From: an uncultured Lachnospiraceae bacterium
GTDB lineage: Bacteria > Bacillota > Clostridia > Lachnospirales > CAG-274
Length of the DNA stretch: 64,000 nt
Assembly: GCA_964654945.1 (NCBI GenBank)
Contig: CAZZLN010000003.1
Span: forward strand, 3,398 to 67,397
Direction of reading: 5' to 3'
Shown: piece by piece, positions 9,428-20,334 of the stretch
Numbering within the stretch: position 1 is the stretch's first letter
How the letters are laid out: each line of letters opens with the position of its first letter
Position numbers and translations under genes: made by a program
The notes under the pieces: model-generated
What the model was told of the DNA's origin: nothing
What the model saw: only the letters and a program-made list of their open reading frames with translations
Databases searched by the model: none

Positions 9428-11109
9428 AAAAACAGGGTATTTTGTCTGTTATATTGTCCATTGTGTTGTTTTTGCAGATTTTGACTATTAACACTGCCGT
9501 AAATAACACAAAGGTTAAGGCAGATAATAATGATGAGAGAATGAAAGGTATATGGGTATCAACGGTTTTAAATCTTGATTATCCGACTAAGCCAACCACG
9601 AATTCAGAAACATTAAAAGCTGAAGCTGATGAAATTATTGCAAATTGTAAGGATTTAGGCTTTAATGCAATTTTTTTACAGGTAAGACCAACATCCGATG
9701 CAATATATAAATCTGATATATTTCCATGGAGCCAGTATTTAACAGGTTCACAGGGTACAGCACCAGATAATGATTTTGACCCGTTGGAATATTGGGTTAA
9801 TAAAAGCCACGAAAATGGAATTGAGCTTCATGCCTGGATTAATCCTTACAGAGCAACAAGATTAAACAGTGGAGCAAGTCTTGATAATCTCGCTGACAAA
9901 AATCCTGCAAAACAACATCCTGAATATATGGTGAGATATTCAGACGGCAATTATTATTATGACCCTGCAATACCGGAGGTTAGAACTTTGCTTGTTGATG
10001 GAGTTATGGAAATTGTGAATAATTACAATATTGACGGTATTCATATGGATGATTATTTCTATCCGGGACAAAATTTTGATGATGCTGCTTCATATGATAA
10101 ATTTGGAAATGGTGAGAATAAAGATGATTGGCGCAGAGAAAATGTAAATATACTTATAAAGCAAATACACGACAGTATTGAAAATTCCGGAAAAGATGTT
10201 GAATTTGGTATCAGTCCTTCGGGAATTTGGGCAAATAAAGATAATAATTCTTTAGGCAGCAATACAAAGGGCAGTGAATCTTATTATAAGCTTTATGCTG
10301 ATACAAGAAAGTGGGCAGTTGAAGAATGGATTGATTATATATGCCCGCAGATTTATTGGGAAATAGGTCATTCAACAGCGGATTATGAAACTCTTGCTTA
10401 CTGGTGGGCGGACACTCTTTCCGGCTGTAATACAAAATTATACATAGGGCTTGCTGATTATAAATGTGACGGAGTGGAGTCGTCAAGCGTTTGGTATAAC
10501 GGAAAGGCAATTCAGCAGCAGTTTATACTTAATAAAAATTCTATTCCAAGAATTAATGGTGAAGTCCATTTCAGATACCAACTAATTATTGACAATCCGC
10601 AGTTATGTAGTATAATTAAAAATGAAAATAATGGAAATTCCATTCAAACAACAGTTCCGACAACAATTGCAGAACCAACTACAGAATTTACTACTATAAT
10701 TAAGGAAGAAACCGTAGAAGATGTATTTGATGTAAATTCAATTGTCAACAATGACCCAAATAAAATACTTGTTTATGTCAACGGAAATAAAGTTGAATTT
10801 GATCAGGAGCCTGTTATAAAAAACAGCAGAACTTTAGTTCCTTTCAGAAAAATATTTGAAGCACTTGGAGCTGAAGTCCAATGGTATAAGGACACTGAAC
10901 AGGTTATTGGAAAACTTGGAGAAAGAGAAGTTTCTCTTGTAATTGGTGAAAAGATAATGCTTGTTAATAAATCCCAAACTATTATGCTTGATGCAGCTCC
11001 TGTTATAATGGGTTCAAGAACAATGGTCCCATTAAGAGCAATATCTGAAGTATTAGGTATGGAAGTGAACTGGAATAATTCAAATAGGGTTATAGTTATA
11101 AATTCTTAA
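9424..11109 (+). CDS. Glycoside-hydrolase-like GHL10 (YngK/UPF0748) family protein with C-terminal copper-amine-oxidase-N-like repeats
   Basis: Signal peptide present. Core motifs GIWVSTVLNLDYP, FNAIFLQVRP, ELHAWINPY and GIHMDDYFYP. Two C-terminal repeats (SRTLVPFRKIFEALGAEVQW and SRTMVPLRAISEVLGMEVNW). The ATG overlaps the rarA stop (ATGA). Confidence 0.75.
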   Translation: MKKQGILSVILSIVLFLQILTINTAVNNTKVKADNNDERMKGIWVSTVLNLDYPTKPTTNSETLKAEADEIIANCKDLGFNAIFLQVRPTSDAIYKSDIFPWSQYLTGSQGTAPDNDFDPLEYWVNKSHENGIELHAWINPYRATRLNSGASLDNLADKNPAKQHPEYMVRYSDGNYYYDPAIPEVRTLLVDGVMEIVNNYNIDGIHMDDYFYPGQNFDDAASYDKFGNGENKDDWRRENVNILIKQIHDSIENSGKDVEFGISPSGIWANKDNNSLGSNTKGSESYYKLYADTRKWAVEEWIDYICPQIYWEIGHSTADYETLAYWWADTLSGCNTKLYIGLADYKCDGVESSSVWYNGKAIQQQFILNKNSIPRINGEVHFRYQLIIDNPQLCSIIKNENNGNSIQTTVPTTIAEPTTEFTTIIKEETVEDVFDVNSIVNNDPNKILVYVNGNKVEFDQEPVIKNSRTLVPFRKIFEALGAEVQWYKDTEQVIGKLGEREVSLVIGEKIMLVNKSQTIMLDAAPVIMGSRTMVPLRAISEVLGMEVNWNNSNRVIVINS

Positions 11110-11147
11110 ATTTGTAACTTGAAATTCTTAAATAAGGAGAAAATATA

Positions 11148-12002
11148 ATGGGTGAATTTTTAATTAGACTTTTAAAGACTCTGGTTTATGGTATAGTCGA
11201 GGGCATTACTGAATGGCTGCCAATAAGCAGTACAGGGCATTTAATTATACTTGAGGATTTTATAGGTCCTGTTATTACAGTTGAATTTATGGAAATGTTT
11301 GAGGTTGTAATTCAGCTTGGTGCTATTCTTGCAGTTGTATGGATATACTTTAATAAGTTAAATCCTTTTGACCAAAACAAAACAGAAAAGGAAAAATCAA
11401 AAACAATCAGATTATGGGTTAAGGTAATAATATCTTGTATTCCTGCGGCAGTATTTGGTTTACTGTTTGATGACTGGCTCAATGACCATTTGTTTAATGT
11501 AGTTGTTGTAGCAATTATGCTTATTGTTTATGGTATTGCGTTTATATTTATTGAGGACAGAAACAAAAATGCACAATTCAAATATAAAAGTATAGACAGA
11601 ATGCCATATAAAACAGCTTTGGGTATTGGTTTATTTCAGGTATTGTCTTTAATTCCCGGTACATCACGTTCAGGCTCAACTATTATAGGCGGTCTTTTGC
11701 TTGGAGCATCAAGACCTGTTGCTACTGAATTTACTTTCTTTTTAGGAATACCTGTTATGTTTGGCGCAAGCCTTTTAAAGATTGTTAAATACATAATAAA
11801 CACGGGATTTACTGATTTCTTACAGATTATTATACTTTTATTCGGTATGCTGATTTCCTTTGTAGTTTCTGTTTTAGCTATTAAATTTTTAGTAAGCTAT
11901 GTTAAGCAGCATGATTTTAAGATATTTGGCAAATACAGAATTGTACTTGGCGGTGTGCTCATAGTATATTCTTTTGGCAAGTATATTTTTAGTTTATTTT
12001 AA
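11148..12002 (+). CDS. uppP: Undecaprenyl-diphosphate phosphatase
   Basis: BacA/UppP motifs [18 protein letters not shown] and [10 protein letters not shown]. Polytopic membrane protein. Confidence 0.9.
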   Translation: MGEFLIRLLKTLVYGIVEGITEWLPISSTGHLIILEDFIGPVITVEFMEMFEVVIQLGAILAVVWIYFNKLNPFDQNKTEKEKSKTIRLWVKVIISCIPAAVFGLLFDDWLNDHLFNVVVVAIMLIVYGIAFIFIEDRNKNAQFKYKSIDRMPYKTALGIGLFQVLSLIPGTSRSGSTIIGGLLLGASRPVATEFTFFLGIPVMFGASLLKIVKYIINTGFTDFLQIIILLFGMLISFVVSVLAIKFLVSYVKQHDFKIFGKYRIVLGGVLIVYSFGKYIFSLF

Positions 12003-12018
12003 TAATTTATGAATAAAA

Positions 12019-12057
12019 ATCACTCGTATATTAAAAATATATATGGGTGATTTTTTT
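12019..12057 (+). terminator. Intrinsic terminator after uppP, overlapping the RBS of the next gene
   Basis: Stem ATCACTC(GTATAT) / (ATATAT)GGGTGAT followed by T7 (12051-12057). The 3' arm GGGTGA is also the only Shine-Dalgarno-like sequence before the ATG at 12058. Confidence 0.55.
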
Positions 12058-13488
12058 ATGTCTGATTATAGAGAATTAGTTAAATATATTGACAATAAAT
12101 TTAATGATTGGGGAGATATTGTAAAAAGGGAATTTAAAATTGGTTCTGATTATAATACTAATGCCTATATTGTGTATATTGATGATATGGCAAGCAGAGA
12201 AGTAATAGAGGATAATATAATTAAAAACTTCCTTATAAATATTAGAATACCTAATAATAATTCTGACAGTTTTTTTGAAAATGGCATAACAACAGCTGAT
12301 ATTAAAAAGACGACTGATATTGATGATGCAATTCTTGAAGTAATGTCAGGCAACACTCTTGTCCTTATAGAAAACTTTAATGATATTATTATTATATCTA
12401 CAAAGGGGTTTCCTAAAAGGGGTGTGGATAAGCCTGAAACAGAAATTGTAATACAAGGACCTCAGGAGGCTTTTTCAGAATCCATAAGAATAAATACAGT
12501 TCTTATAAGAAGAAGAATTAGAGATACAAAACTTAAATGCAAACAGATTAAAGTAGGAAGAAAAAGCCGGTCTGATGTTGCATTAATGTATCTTGATAAT
12601 GTTGTAGATAAAAAAGTATTAGAGGAAGCCGAACGCAGACTAAATTGTGTAGACACTGATATTATACCGGACAGCGGCTATCTTGAACAATATATTGAGG
12701 ACAGCACTTTTTCTCCTTTCCCTCAGGTGCAGCTTACTGAAAGACCTGATAAAGCAGCTGCTGAAATATGTGAGGGAAGAATAGCAATAATAGTTGACAA
12801 CAGCCCATTTGTTATGCTAATTCCAACTGTCCTTGCAAGCTTTTATCAATCTGCTGAGGACTATTATCAAAGATGGGAAATAATGAGTGTTCTCAGGTTA
12901 ATCAGATATATTGCGGGACTTGCAGCGTTCACTCTACCGGCTCTTTATATTGCAATAGTTTTATATTCTCCGGAGATTATTCCCACACCGTTAGCATTAA
13001 AACTGGCAGCTGACCGGCAATCTGTGCCTTTTCCGACTGTAGTTGAAGTTGTAATAATGGAATTGATATTTGAAGCTTTAAGAGAGGCTGGTACAAGAAT
13101 GCCAAGTGTTTTAGGAGGCACTCTTGGTATAGTTGGCGGTATTATTATAGGACAGGCAGCAGTAGATGCAGGATTAATAAGTCCTATAGTTGTTATTATT
13201 ATAGCACTTACGGGAGTATGCAGCTTTTCAATACCAAATGTGGCACTTGTTTCCACATTTAGACTGTTGAAATATGTGATGATATTTTTGTCAGCAATAT
13301 TGGGAATGATTGGTTTTATAACAGGTTTATTTATAATATTTGTGCATATTTCAGGTCTTAGAAGCTTTGGCATAAGTTATTGTGAGCCATTTAAGGGAGA
13401 TGAAAACGGATCTGTTATGGGAGATACAATTATAAGATTTCCTTTAAAATTTATGAAAAAAACAAAAGTATTTAATGACAAGGAGTGA
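12058..13488 (+). CDS. Spore germination protein, GerA family A subunit
   Basis: GerAA/GerKA-type sequence: a soluble N-terminal domain, then a membrane domain with PTPLALKLAADRQSVPFP and EALREAGTRMP. I chose the ATG at 12058 because the ORF-track start (12043) lies inside the terminator hairpin. Confidence 0.85.
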   Translation: MSDYRELVKYIDNKFNDWGDIVKREFKIGSDYNTNAYIVYIDDMASREVIEDNIIKNFLINIRIPNNNSDSFFENGITTADIKKTTDIDDAILEVMSGNTLVLIENFNDIIIISTKGFPKRGVDKPETEIVIQGPQEAFSESIRINTVLIRRRIRDTKLKCKQIKVGRKSRSDVALMYLDNVVDKKVLEEAERRLNCVDTDIIPDSGYLEQYIEDSTFSPFPQVQLTERPDKAAAEICEGRIAIIVDNSPFVMLIPTVLASFYQSAEDYYQRWEIMSVLRLIRYIAGLAAFTLPALYIAIVLYSPEIIPTPLALKLAADRQSVPFPTVVEVVIMELIFEALREAGTRMPSVLGGTLGIVGGIIIGQAAVDAGLISPIVVIIIALTGVCSFSIPNVALVSTFRLLKYVMIFLSAILGMIGFITGLFIIFVHISGLRSFGISYCEPFKGDENGSVMGDTIIRFPLKFMKKTKVFNDKE

Positions 13489-13492
13489 AAAT

Positions 13493-14443
13493 ATGGAAAA
13501 TAAATTTCTGACATATAAGCAGTTTTATGCTCTTGTGTTAATTACTGTTGTTACAACAAATTTTATAATTATTCCTTTTATAAGCGGAAGCATATTATCT
13601 GTTACAGCAGGTCTTATGCTGACTTTAATTTATATATTGTTTTATGGGAAAATAAAAATTAATAATATTTTTATAAAATATTTTTTTTCAATTAAATTTA
13701 TGCTGACATCAGGAATTTTAATAGGTATTTTCTCTGAAATTTCTAAGTATTTTTTTCTTAGCAATATTAATATTTATATAATTCTTTCCGTGGTTTTTGC
13801 GGCTACTGTTTATTGCAGCCATAATGACAAATCAATTGGTTCAGTGGGAAGAATGTTATATATTTTTATTTTAATACCTGTTTTATCGGTTATTCTTTTT
13901 TCTATTAATGATATTAAAATCACTAATTTATTTAACGGATTTAATATTTCGGATATTTTTACATTGAGCATTGTTTCTATGATTTATGAAAGTGTATTGT
14001 TTCTTGGTAATTTTACTGACAGAAATTTAACTTATAAAAATATATTTTTTCCTGTTTTTATATCCATATGTATATTATTTTTAGCTAATATTTGCATAAT
14101 TGGAAGATTTGGAACATCTGTTTATAATTACAAATATCCATCTTTTGAGCTTATGTATTCATCTGACTTGCCCGGATACATTGTGCAAAGACAGGAAGGT
14201 ATATTAATTTCATTATTTTTAATTGGACTTTTAGTTGTCATTAGTTTATTTATGCTTCTGTCATTAAAGATTAAAACAATAAATAATAAAAAATATATTA
14301 ATTATGTTTTGATTTATATTACAGCGGCTTTTTCAGTTGTGTATAAGAATATTATGGAATTATATATAATAGTTAGTTTTTTTGGAGGAATATGTATTCT
14401 GATTTTGTCATTATTAATAAGAGGTGAAAAGGTTGAAAAATAA
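13493..14443 (+). CDS. Spore germination protein, GerA family B subunit (APC-type permease-like)
   Basis: Highly hydrophobic polytopic ORF in the B position of a ger operon. AAGGAG RBS 7 nt before the ATG at 13493. About 316 aa, shorter than typical B subunits. Confidence 0.6.
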   Translation: MENKFLTYKQFYALVLITVVTTNFIIIPFISGSILSVTAGLMLTLIYILFYGKIKINNIFIKYFFSIKFMLTSGILIGIFSEISKYFFLSNINIYIILSVVFAATVYCSHNDKSIGSVGRMLYIFILIPVLSVILFSINDIKITNLFNGFNISDIFTLSIVSMIYESVLFLGNFTDRNLTYKNIFFPVFISICILFLANICIIGRFGTSVYNYKYPSFELMYSSDLPGYIVQRQEGILISLFLIGLLVVISLFMLLSLKIKTINNKKYINYVLIYITAAFSVVYKNIMELYIIVSFFGGICILILSLLIRGEKVEK

Positions 14444-14984
14444 GCTTATATTAATATTTTTTTTACTGATTTTTCTTTCAGGCTGCAAAAGTAAGGAAAT
14501 GGAGGACAGAGATTTTGTAATGGTGATTGGGGTAGATAAAAATGAAAGATGTAATTTATATATGGATATAGCCGATATAAATGATGACAGTGATTCTCTT
14601 GAAATAAAAAATAATATCCTATCGGCTGAAGGCAATACAATAAATAATGCAGTAAATAAAATTAATAATGAAACATCAGGTGAATTATTCCTTGGACATA
14701 TACAGACAATACTTGTTACAAATAATGACTGTAAATACGAAATCAGAAATCTTGTAAGAAACAATAATGAAATCAGCAGGGATATTCCGGTATTAAAAAG
14801 TAATAAAATTGAGGAAGTTATAAATAATGAAAATGGAAATATAAAATTATATGACTATATATCAAAATATTTTGAAAATAATAAACATAAAAAAGTAAAT
14901 TTAGAAAGCTATCTTAATGAAAATGAAAATACAACAGAGCTGCCGGTTATTATGCTGAAAAATGATAAATATTATATAGAATAA
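14424..14984 (+). CDS. Ger(x)C-like germination lipoprotein, N-terminal half only (about 186 aa)
   Basis: Lipobox FLSGC followed by KSKEMEDRDFVMVIGVD, which is typical of the GerAC N-terminus. GTG (14424) or TTG (14433) start overlapping the end of the B gene. It ends at about half the usual length. Confidence 0.6.
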   Translation: MKRLKNKLILIFFLLIFLSGCKSKEMEDRDFVMVIGVDKNERCNLYMDIADINDDSDSLEIKNNILSAEGNTINNAVNKINNETSGELFLGHIQTILVTNNDCKYEIRNLVRNNNEISRDIPVLKSNKIEEVINNENGNIKLYDYISKYFENNKHKKVNLESYLNENENTTELPVIMLKNDKYYIE

Positions 14985-14991
14985 AAATTAC

Positions 14992-15020
14992 TTGTGAACC
15001 CTCAATATTTATGGTAAAAT
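14992..15020 (+). promoter_or_regulatory. Sigma-A-like promoter with extended -10 for the CE8/SGNH gene
   Basis: TTGTGA at 14992-14997, 17-nt spacer, TGG-TAAAAT with the -10 at 15015-15020. Confidence 0.4.
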
Positions 15021-15047
15021 AAATATTATATATGGAGGGATTTAATA

Positions 15048-18000
15048 ATGAAACTGAAAAAAATTATGAGTATATTTATTGTGACAGCAATAATTTCAGG
15101 CATAATGCCATTTAATGCTTTTGCAATACAAAAATCTTTATCTGTTACTGTTGGAAAGGGTGACAGCTATAATTTCAATTCTATTCAGGAGGCTGTTAAT
15201 TCAATAGAAACAGTGCCTACTGAAAAATATCCTGCAACTATTGTTATTGCACCGGGCGTATATGAGGAAGAAGTTATTGTTGACAAGCCTTATATTAAGT
15301 TTGTAAATGAAAGCAAAAATGAAGATGTAGTTATAACTTATGATAAGGCAAACGGACATTCAAACAGTGCCAAAAATTTTGGTACAGACAAAACTGCTAC
15401 AGTAACTGTTAATGATACTGCAACAGGATTTGAAGCATATAATATAACATTTGAAAATTCTTATAATATAGGCACTGATAATAAACAAACTCAGGCAGTG
15501 GCTCTTGAAACTATGGCGGATAAAATTATACTTGACAGCTGTAAATTAATAGGCAGACAGGATACACTTTATTTAAAGGGTGCATCTAAGGGACAAAATG
15601 TATATGGTTCAGCAAACGATGCAAGAGTATATGTTAAAGATTGTTATATAGAGGGTACAGTTGACTTTATTTTTGGCGATGCAACTGCTTATTTTGATAA
15701 CTGTGAATTATATATGGCTGAATATGAAAACGGCGGTCATTTTACTGCACCTAATACTACTTTGTTTAATATAGGTTATGTATTTAACAACTGTAAGCTT
15801 ACAACCTCAGATAAATTTAATCAGGAGGTTATAAACAAAATAGATTTAGGAAGACCATGGCAGTGTGATTTGGCATATCCTAATTCAGGTTCAAATGCTG
15901 TTTATATAAATTGTACCATGCCTGAATTGTATAATAGTGAAGGCTTTAGTTTATGGGACAGCAATACAATTACAAATAAAGTCAGATTTATGGAATATGG
16001 TTCCAAAACAAATAATGGCACATATATGGATTTGTCACAAAGAGCTGATTTTGTTAAACAGCTTACAGAAGAACAGGCTAAGTATTTTAATGCTTATAAT
16101 GTACTTAAAGGCAGTGATTATTGGAATCCTGCAAATATACGTGGTGATGATGGTCCTTGTGATATTACTCTTAATAGCTATAATGTTTCAATACCAAAAG
16201 GTGAAACCTACGAATTAAAAGCTGTTTCATTGCCGATTGGAAGCAATGATGCAATTAAATATGTTTCCGATAATGAAGCTATAGCTTCTGTAGATGAGAA
16301 CGGGGTAATAACTGCTAATACTGATGGTACGGCTGAAATCAGTGCAATACTTTCCACAGGATTAAAAGCTGAAACAATAGTTAATGTAACTGCTCCAAGA
16401 ACTGAAATTCCTGAAATTAAAGATATTGGTATTGAAAGCAATAATTCCATTATGGTCGGAAATATAATTAAGGCTGCATATACATATAGTTTAGCCAGTG
16501 ATAACAGCATAGATGCCGCTAAAATAAGATGGTATGCTGTTAAAGATGGAAAGCAGTATCTTATTAAAGAGGGTATTGGTGATAATTTTAAAAGCTATAC
16601 TGTTCAGAGCAAAGATATAGGCTATAAAATTAAAATTGAGGTGCTTCCTGCAACTACTACAACCTATGGTGTTTACGGAAATTCAGTTGCATATACAACT
16701 GCTCAGACTGTTTCAACAAATGTTACAGCGCCTGAACAGTTATTAAGAGAAAATTTTGATAATGGAACTGACGGATTTACCGTAAATGGTGTTTGGAATA
16801 AAATCAGCAATGGTTATAATACATTTGTAACTGCTAAATGCAGCTCTGAAAAACCTGTTTCAATGTTTTATAATGATGGCAACGATTGGGATAATATAAA
16901 CTTTGAGGGAAGATTTAGATTTAATCCGGAAGAAAAAGGTCTTGCTTCAGACGGATATTTTAATATTTATTTTAATTATAGCGAAAATTCTTATTACAGA
17001 TTAAATCTTGGCAGAGGAAGCAACACAAAGAGCTTAAAACTTTATGTATATAAAAAATCTGCTAATTCTGATGAGGAAGTTTTATTAGCAAGTGATGAAA
17101 CAAGTCTTAAAAATAATATTTATCAAAATTCAGGTGAGGATAATCCATATTTTACAATTGGCATAAATAAAAACAACAGCAATATAACAGTTGATTTTAA
17201 GCTTGAAAATGATAATAAAAAGCTTGCATCATTAACTGCCGTAGATGAAAATTACGATATAAAGGGTACTGTAGGCTTTGAAGCAGGCGGATCAGAAAAT
17301 GTTGTTCTTATTGACAGTATAAGTGTTGAAAGTTTATCACAAACTAATTCTGAATCTAAAATCAGATTATTCCTTTTAGGTGACTCAACAGCTAAAAACT
17401 ATGGTGATGACAACACTATAGGCGGCTGGGGAGAATATCTCGTAAATTATTTTGATGATAATGTAGAAATAATTAATAAAGCAGAGGGCGGAAGAAGTGC
17501 CAGGTCATACCTTAATCAGGGAAGATTAAAAGAGGTTACTGATGAGCTTACACCTGATGATTATGTGTTTGTTCAGTTTGGCACTAATGATCAGAGAACA
17601 GATGATGCAGCATTTATGGAACACGCAGTAGTATTGGGCACACCTGATGAAAATGGAATTTATCCTACAATTCCTGCCGTAAAAACAAAGACACCTCAAA
17701 GAATATTTGATTTCTATAAGGATACGGATTATCCTTATGCAGATACCTTCTATCCTTATGAAAGCGGTACTTTCAAATGGTATATGAAGCAGCATATAGA
17801 TGCTGTTAAAAACACCGGAGCAACACCTGTGCTTCTTACACCTATGTGCAGAATGTTTTTTGATAAAGACGGTAAAATAACACCTCATTTTGGTGATAAT
17901 GATGGCTATATTTTAGCTATAAGACAGCTTGCTGAAGAAGAAGGCATAATGTGTCTGGATATGTATGAAATTACTAAGAGCCTGTATGAAAGCTATGGTA

Positions 18001-19214
18001 TTTTAACAACTCAGGGACTTCATAATATTAAGAGTGACGGTACAATTGACCTTACTCATTATAACAAATTTGGTGCAAATCTTATAGCAAGCAAAATGGC
18101 AGATGATATTAAAGCAAATACAAATCTGCCTTTATCAAGCCATATTATTAATTCAACAGTTACAGTTGAAAGAACTACGGATTTGAAGTCTGCTAATTTA
18201 TTTGTTGTTGGCGGCACTGCTGCTGCAGGAGGTAATTCTGATACAGATTATGCTGTAGATACTGATGGCTTTGGAAACTATTTGCAGAAATATTTGAATA
18301 ATAAAATAACTGTTAAAAATATGTCTGTTCCAAAGGCTACTGCCAAATCCTATGCTGACACACCGGAATACAAAAGCCTTATGGCTGACGTAGGCGAAGG
18401 CGATTATGTTATTTTAAGCTTTGGTAATGATGATGGTAAATTTGCAGGTGATTCCTATTCAACAGGCACTGTTAATGACAAGGGGTCTTTTGCATATTAT
18501 ATGTATAATAATTATATTGCACCTTTAAAAGAAAAAAATGTAATTATTATTGCACTTACACCATTTGCAGACAGAAATTACAGCGACGGTGATTTTATAA
18601 AAGAAACAAATGAGCTTACTGATATAGTTACTCAGCTTGTGGTTGATAATGGTTTATATTTTGTCAATATGTTTGAAGTATCATCAGATATTTACAGTAC
18701 AATGGGTGCAGAGGGCAGCAAGGTTATAAATGCTGTTGACAGAAAAAACGGTATTTTAAATGATACATATTCAGGTTTTGGTGCTGACTTATTTGCTAAG
18801 AAAATATTAACAAATTTAAAGCAGTCTTCAATTTCATTAAAAGATTATATATTGGATAACAGCTTAAATTCGTCATCAAATATGACCAGAGCTGACTTTG
18901 TGTATATGGCTATGGATGCTGCAGGCATTACAGGAAATACTGAATTAAATTTTGATGATGTTACAAAAGGTAAATATTATTATGATGCAATTTCAGCAGC
19001 AAAAGCAAAGAACCTTATATCATCTGATAATAATTTATTCAGACCTGAAGAAACTTTAACAGATGATTTAGTTAAATCACTTACACAAAATATACTTACA
19101 TATTTGTCTGTAAACGGCAATCTTGAGGATGTATATAATCTTACAAACGGTGAGATTTCTCCGGAGATTGGCATATGGGCAATAGATAGATTATACGAGG
19201 AGTTAAACAAATAA
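15048..19214 (+). CDS. Multidomain secreted pectin de-esterifying enzyme: CE8 pectinesterase, Big_2, lectin-like module, SGNH (CE12-like rhamnogalacturonan acetylesterase), degenerate SGNH, SLH-like C-terminus
   Basis: - Signal peptide present.
- CE8 motifs QAVAL, GRQDTLY, DFIFG and LGRPW.
- Ig-like segment [21 protein letters not shown].
- First SGNH module has GDSTA, GGRSARS, GTNDQ and DLTHYN.
- Second, related module has GGTAA in place of GDSTA and no His block.
- C-terminal SLH-like segment [24 protein letters not shown]. Confidence 0.85.
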   Translation: MKLKKIMSIFIVTAIISGIMPFNAFAIQKSLSVTVGKGDSYNFNSIQEAVNSIETVPTEKYPATIVIAPGVYEEEVIVDKPYIKFVNESKNEDVVITYDKANGHSNSAKNFGTDKTATVTVNDTATGFEAYNITFENSYNIGTDNKQTQAVALETMADKIILDSCKLIGRQDTLYLKGASKGQNVYGSANDARVYVKDCYIEGTVDFIFGDATAYFDNCELYMAEYENGGHFTAPNTTLFNIGYVFNNCKLTTSDKFNQEVINKIDLGRPWQCDLAYPNSGSNAVYINCTMPELYNSEGFSLWDSNTITNKVRFMEYGSKTNNGTYMDLSQRADFVKQLTEEQAKYFNAYNVLKGSDYWNPANIRGDDGPCDITLNSYNVSIPKGETYELKAVSLPIGSNDAIKYVSDNEAIASVDENGVITANTDGTAEISAILSTGLKAETIVNVTAPRTEIPEIKDIGIESNNSIMVGNIIKAAYTYSLASDNSIDAAKIRWYAVKDGKQYLIKEGIGDNFKSYTVQSKDIGYKIKIEVLPATTTTYGVYGNSVAYTTAQTVSTNVTAPEQLLRENFDNGTDGFTVNGVWNKISNGYNTFVTAKCSSEKPVSMFYNDGNDWDNINFEGRFRFNPEEKGLASDGYFNIYFNYSENSYYRLNLGRGSNTKSLKLYVYKKSANSDEEVLLASDETSLKNNIYQNSGEDNPYFTIGINKNNSNITVDFKLENDNKKLASLTAVDENYDIKGTVGFEAGGSENVVLIDSISVESLSQTNSESKIRLFLLGDSTAKNYGDDNTIGGWGEYLVNYFDDNVEIINKAEGGRSARSYLNQGRLKEVTDELTPDDYVFVQFGTNDQRTDDAAFMEHAVVLGTPDENGIYPTIPAVKTKTPQRIFDFYKDTDYPYADTFYPYESGTFKWYMKQHIDAVKNTGATPVLLTPMCRMFFDKDGKITPHFGDNDGYILAIRQLAEEEGIMCLDMYEITKSLYESYGILTTQGLHNIKSDGTIDLTHYNKFGANLIASKMADDIKANTNLPLSSHIINSTVTVERTTDLKSANLFVVGGTAAAGGNSDTDYAVDTDGFGNYLQKYLNNKITVKNMSVPKATAKSYADTPEYKSLMADVGEGDYVILSFGNDDGKFAGDSYSTGTVNDKGSFAYYMYNNYIAPLKEKNVIIIALTPFADRNYSDGDFIKETNELTDIVTQLVVDNGLYFVNMFEVSSDIYSTMGAEGSKVINAVDRKNGILNDTYSGFGADLFAKKILTNLKQSSISLKDYILDNSLNSSSNMTRADFVYMAMDAAGITGNTELNFDDVTKGKYYYDAISAAKAKNLISSDNNLFRPEETLTDDLVKSLTQNILTYLSVNGNLEDVYNLTNGEISPEIGIWAIDRLYEELNK

Positions 19215-19215
19215 T

Positions 19216-19968
19216 ATGAAATTTATTTCTTGGAATGTAAATGGCTTACGAGCTTGTGTAGGCAAAAATTTTAAAGAATTTTTTAATGATATTGATGCGG
19301 ATATTTTTTCTGTTCAGGAAACAAAACTTCAGGAGGGGCAAATTGATTTTGCCCCCGACGGATATTATTGTTATTGGAATTATGCTGAAAAGAAAGGCTA
19401 TTCAGGCGTTGCCGTATTTACAAAAACAAAGCCGTTATCAGTAAGCTATGGTATCAGTATTGAAAAACACGATAAAGAGGGCAGAGTTATTACTCTTGAA
19501 TTTGAAGATTTCTATTATGTAACCTGCTATACTCCTAATTCTCAAAACGAGCTTGCAAGGCTTGATTATAGAATGGAATGGGAAAATGATTTCAGAGAAT
19601 ATTTAAAATCTCTTGATGAAAAAAAGCCAGTAATATTATGCGGTGACTTAAATGTTGCACACAATGAAATTGATTTAAAAAATCCTAAAACAAATAGAAA
19701 AAATGCAGGTTTTACAGATGAAGAACGTCAGCAGATGACAAATCTTTTAGACAGTGGATTTATTGATACCTTCAGATATTTCTATCCTGATAAAGAGGGA
19801 ATATACAGCTGGTGGAGTTACAGATTTAAAGCAAGAGAAAAGAATGCAGGCTGGCGTATTGACTACTATATTGTAAGCAGCAAATTAAAAGACAGACTTG
19901 TGTCTGCTCATATTCATACTGATATTTTTGGCTCTGACCATTGTCCTGTGGAATTAATAATTAAATAG
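19216..19968 (+). CDS. xth: Exodeoxyribonuclease III
   Basis: [26 protein letters not shown] and SDHCPV motifs of the ExoIII/AP endonuclease family. Confidence 0.9.
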   Translation: MKFISWNVNGLRACVGKNFKEFFNDIDADIFSVQETKLQEGQIDFAPDGYYCYWNYAEKKGYSGVAVFTKTKPLSVSYGISIEKHDKEGRVITLEFEDFYYVTCYTPNSQNELARLDYRMEWENDFREYLKSLDEKKPVILCGDLNVAHNEIDLKNPKTNRKNAGFTDEERQQMTNLLDSGFIDTFRYFYPDKEGIYSWWSYRFKAREKNAGWRIDYYIVSSKLKDRLVSAHIHTDIFGSDHCPVELIIK

Positions 19969-19980
19969 GAGAGATATGTT

Positions 19981-20289
19981 GTGCATAAAAAAATCAGTGC
20001 AGCTGAGGCTAAAAAAATAATTGACGAAAATAATAATATTTATATTGTAGACGTAAGAGAAGAAGATGAGCTTTTTGAGGGTTATATTGAAAATTCAGTT
20101 TTAATTCCCCTTGATACAATTTCATCAGTTGCAGAAAATATAATTCCCGATAAAAACAGAAAGGTTCTTGTATATTGCAGAAGCGGAAGAAGAAGTGCTA
20201 TTGCAGTCAGGGAGCTGGAAAAATTGGGATATAAGGATATTATTGATTTTGGCGGTATTATGGATTGGCCCTTTGAAAAAATATTATAA
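19981..20289 (+). CDS. Rhodanese-like domain protein
   Basis: 102 aa with the active-site loop VYCRSGRRS. GTG start preceded by AGGAGAG. Confidence 0.8.
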   Translation: MHKKISAAEAKKIIDENNNIYIVDVREEDELFEGYIENSVLIPLDTISSVAENIIPDKNRKVLVYCRSGRRSAIAVRELEKLGYKDIIDFGGIMDWPFEKIL

Positions 20290-20294
20290 TTTTA

Positions 20295-20330
20295 TCCGAA
20301 ACTGCTGATAACAATTTCAGCAGTTTCGGA
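20295..20330. terminator. Bidirectional hairpin between convergent genes
   Basis: Perfect 14-bp stem TCCGAAACTGCTGA / TCAGCAGTTTCGGA with an 8-nt loop. T-rich flanks on both strands. Confidence 0.7.
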
Positions 20331-20334
20331 TATT

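Noticed and set aside
12003-12057. Forespore (sigma-G/sigma-F type) promoter for the ger operon: GAATA at 12011-12015 with an A/T-rich -10 about 17 nt downstream.
   Set aside because: The -10 candidate (AAAAATA) matches the CATnnTA-type consensus poorly, and the region is almost pure A/T. I cannot support a call.
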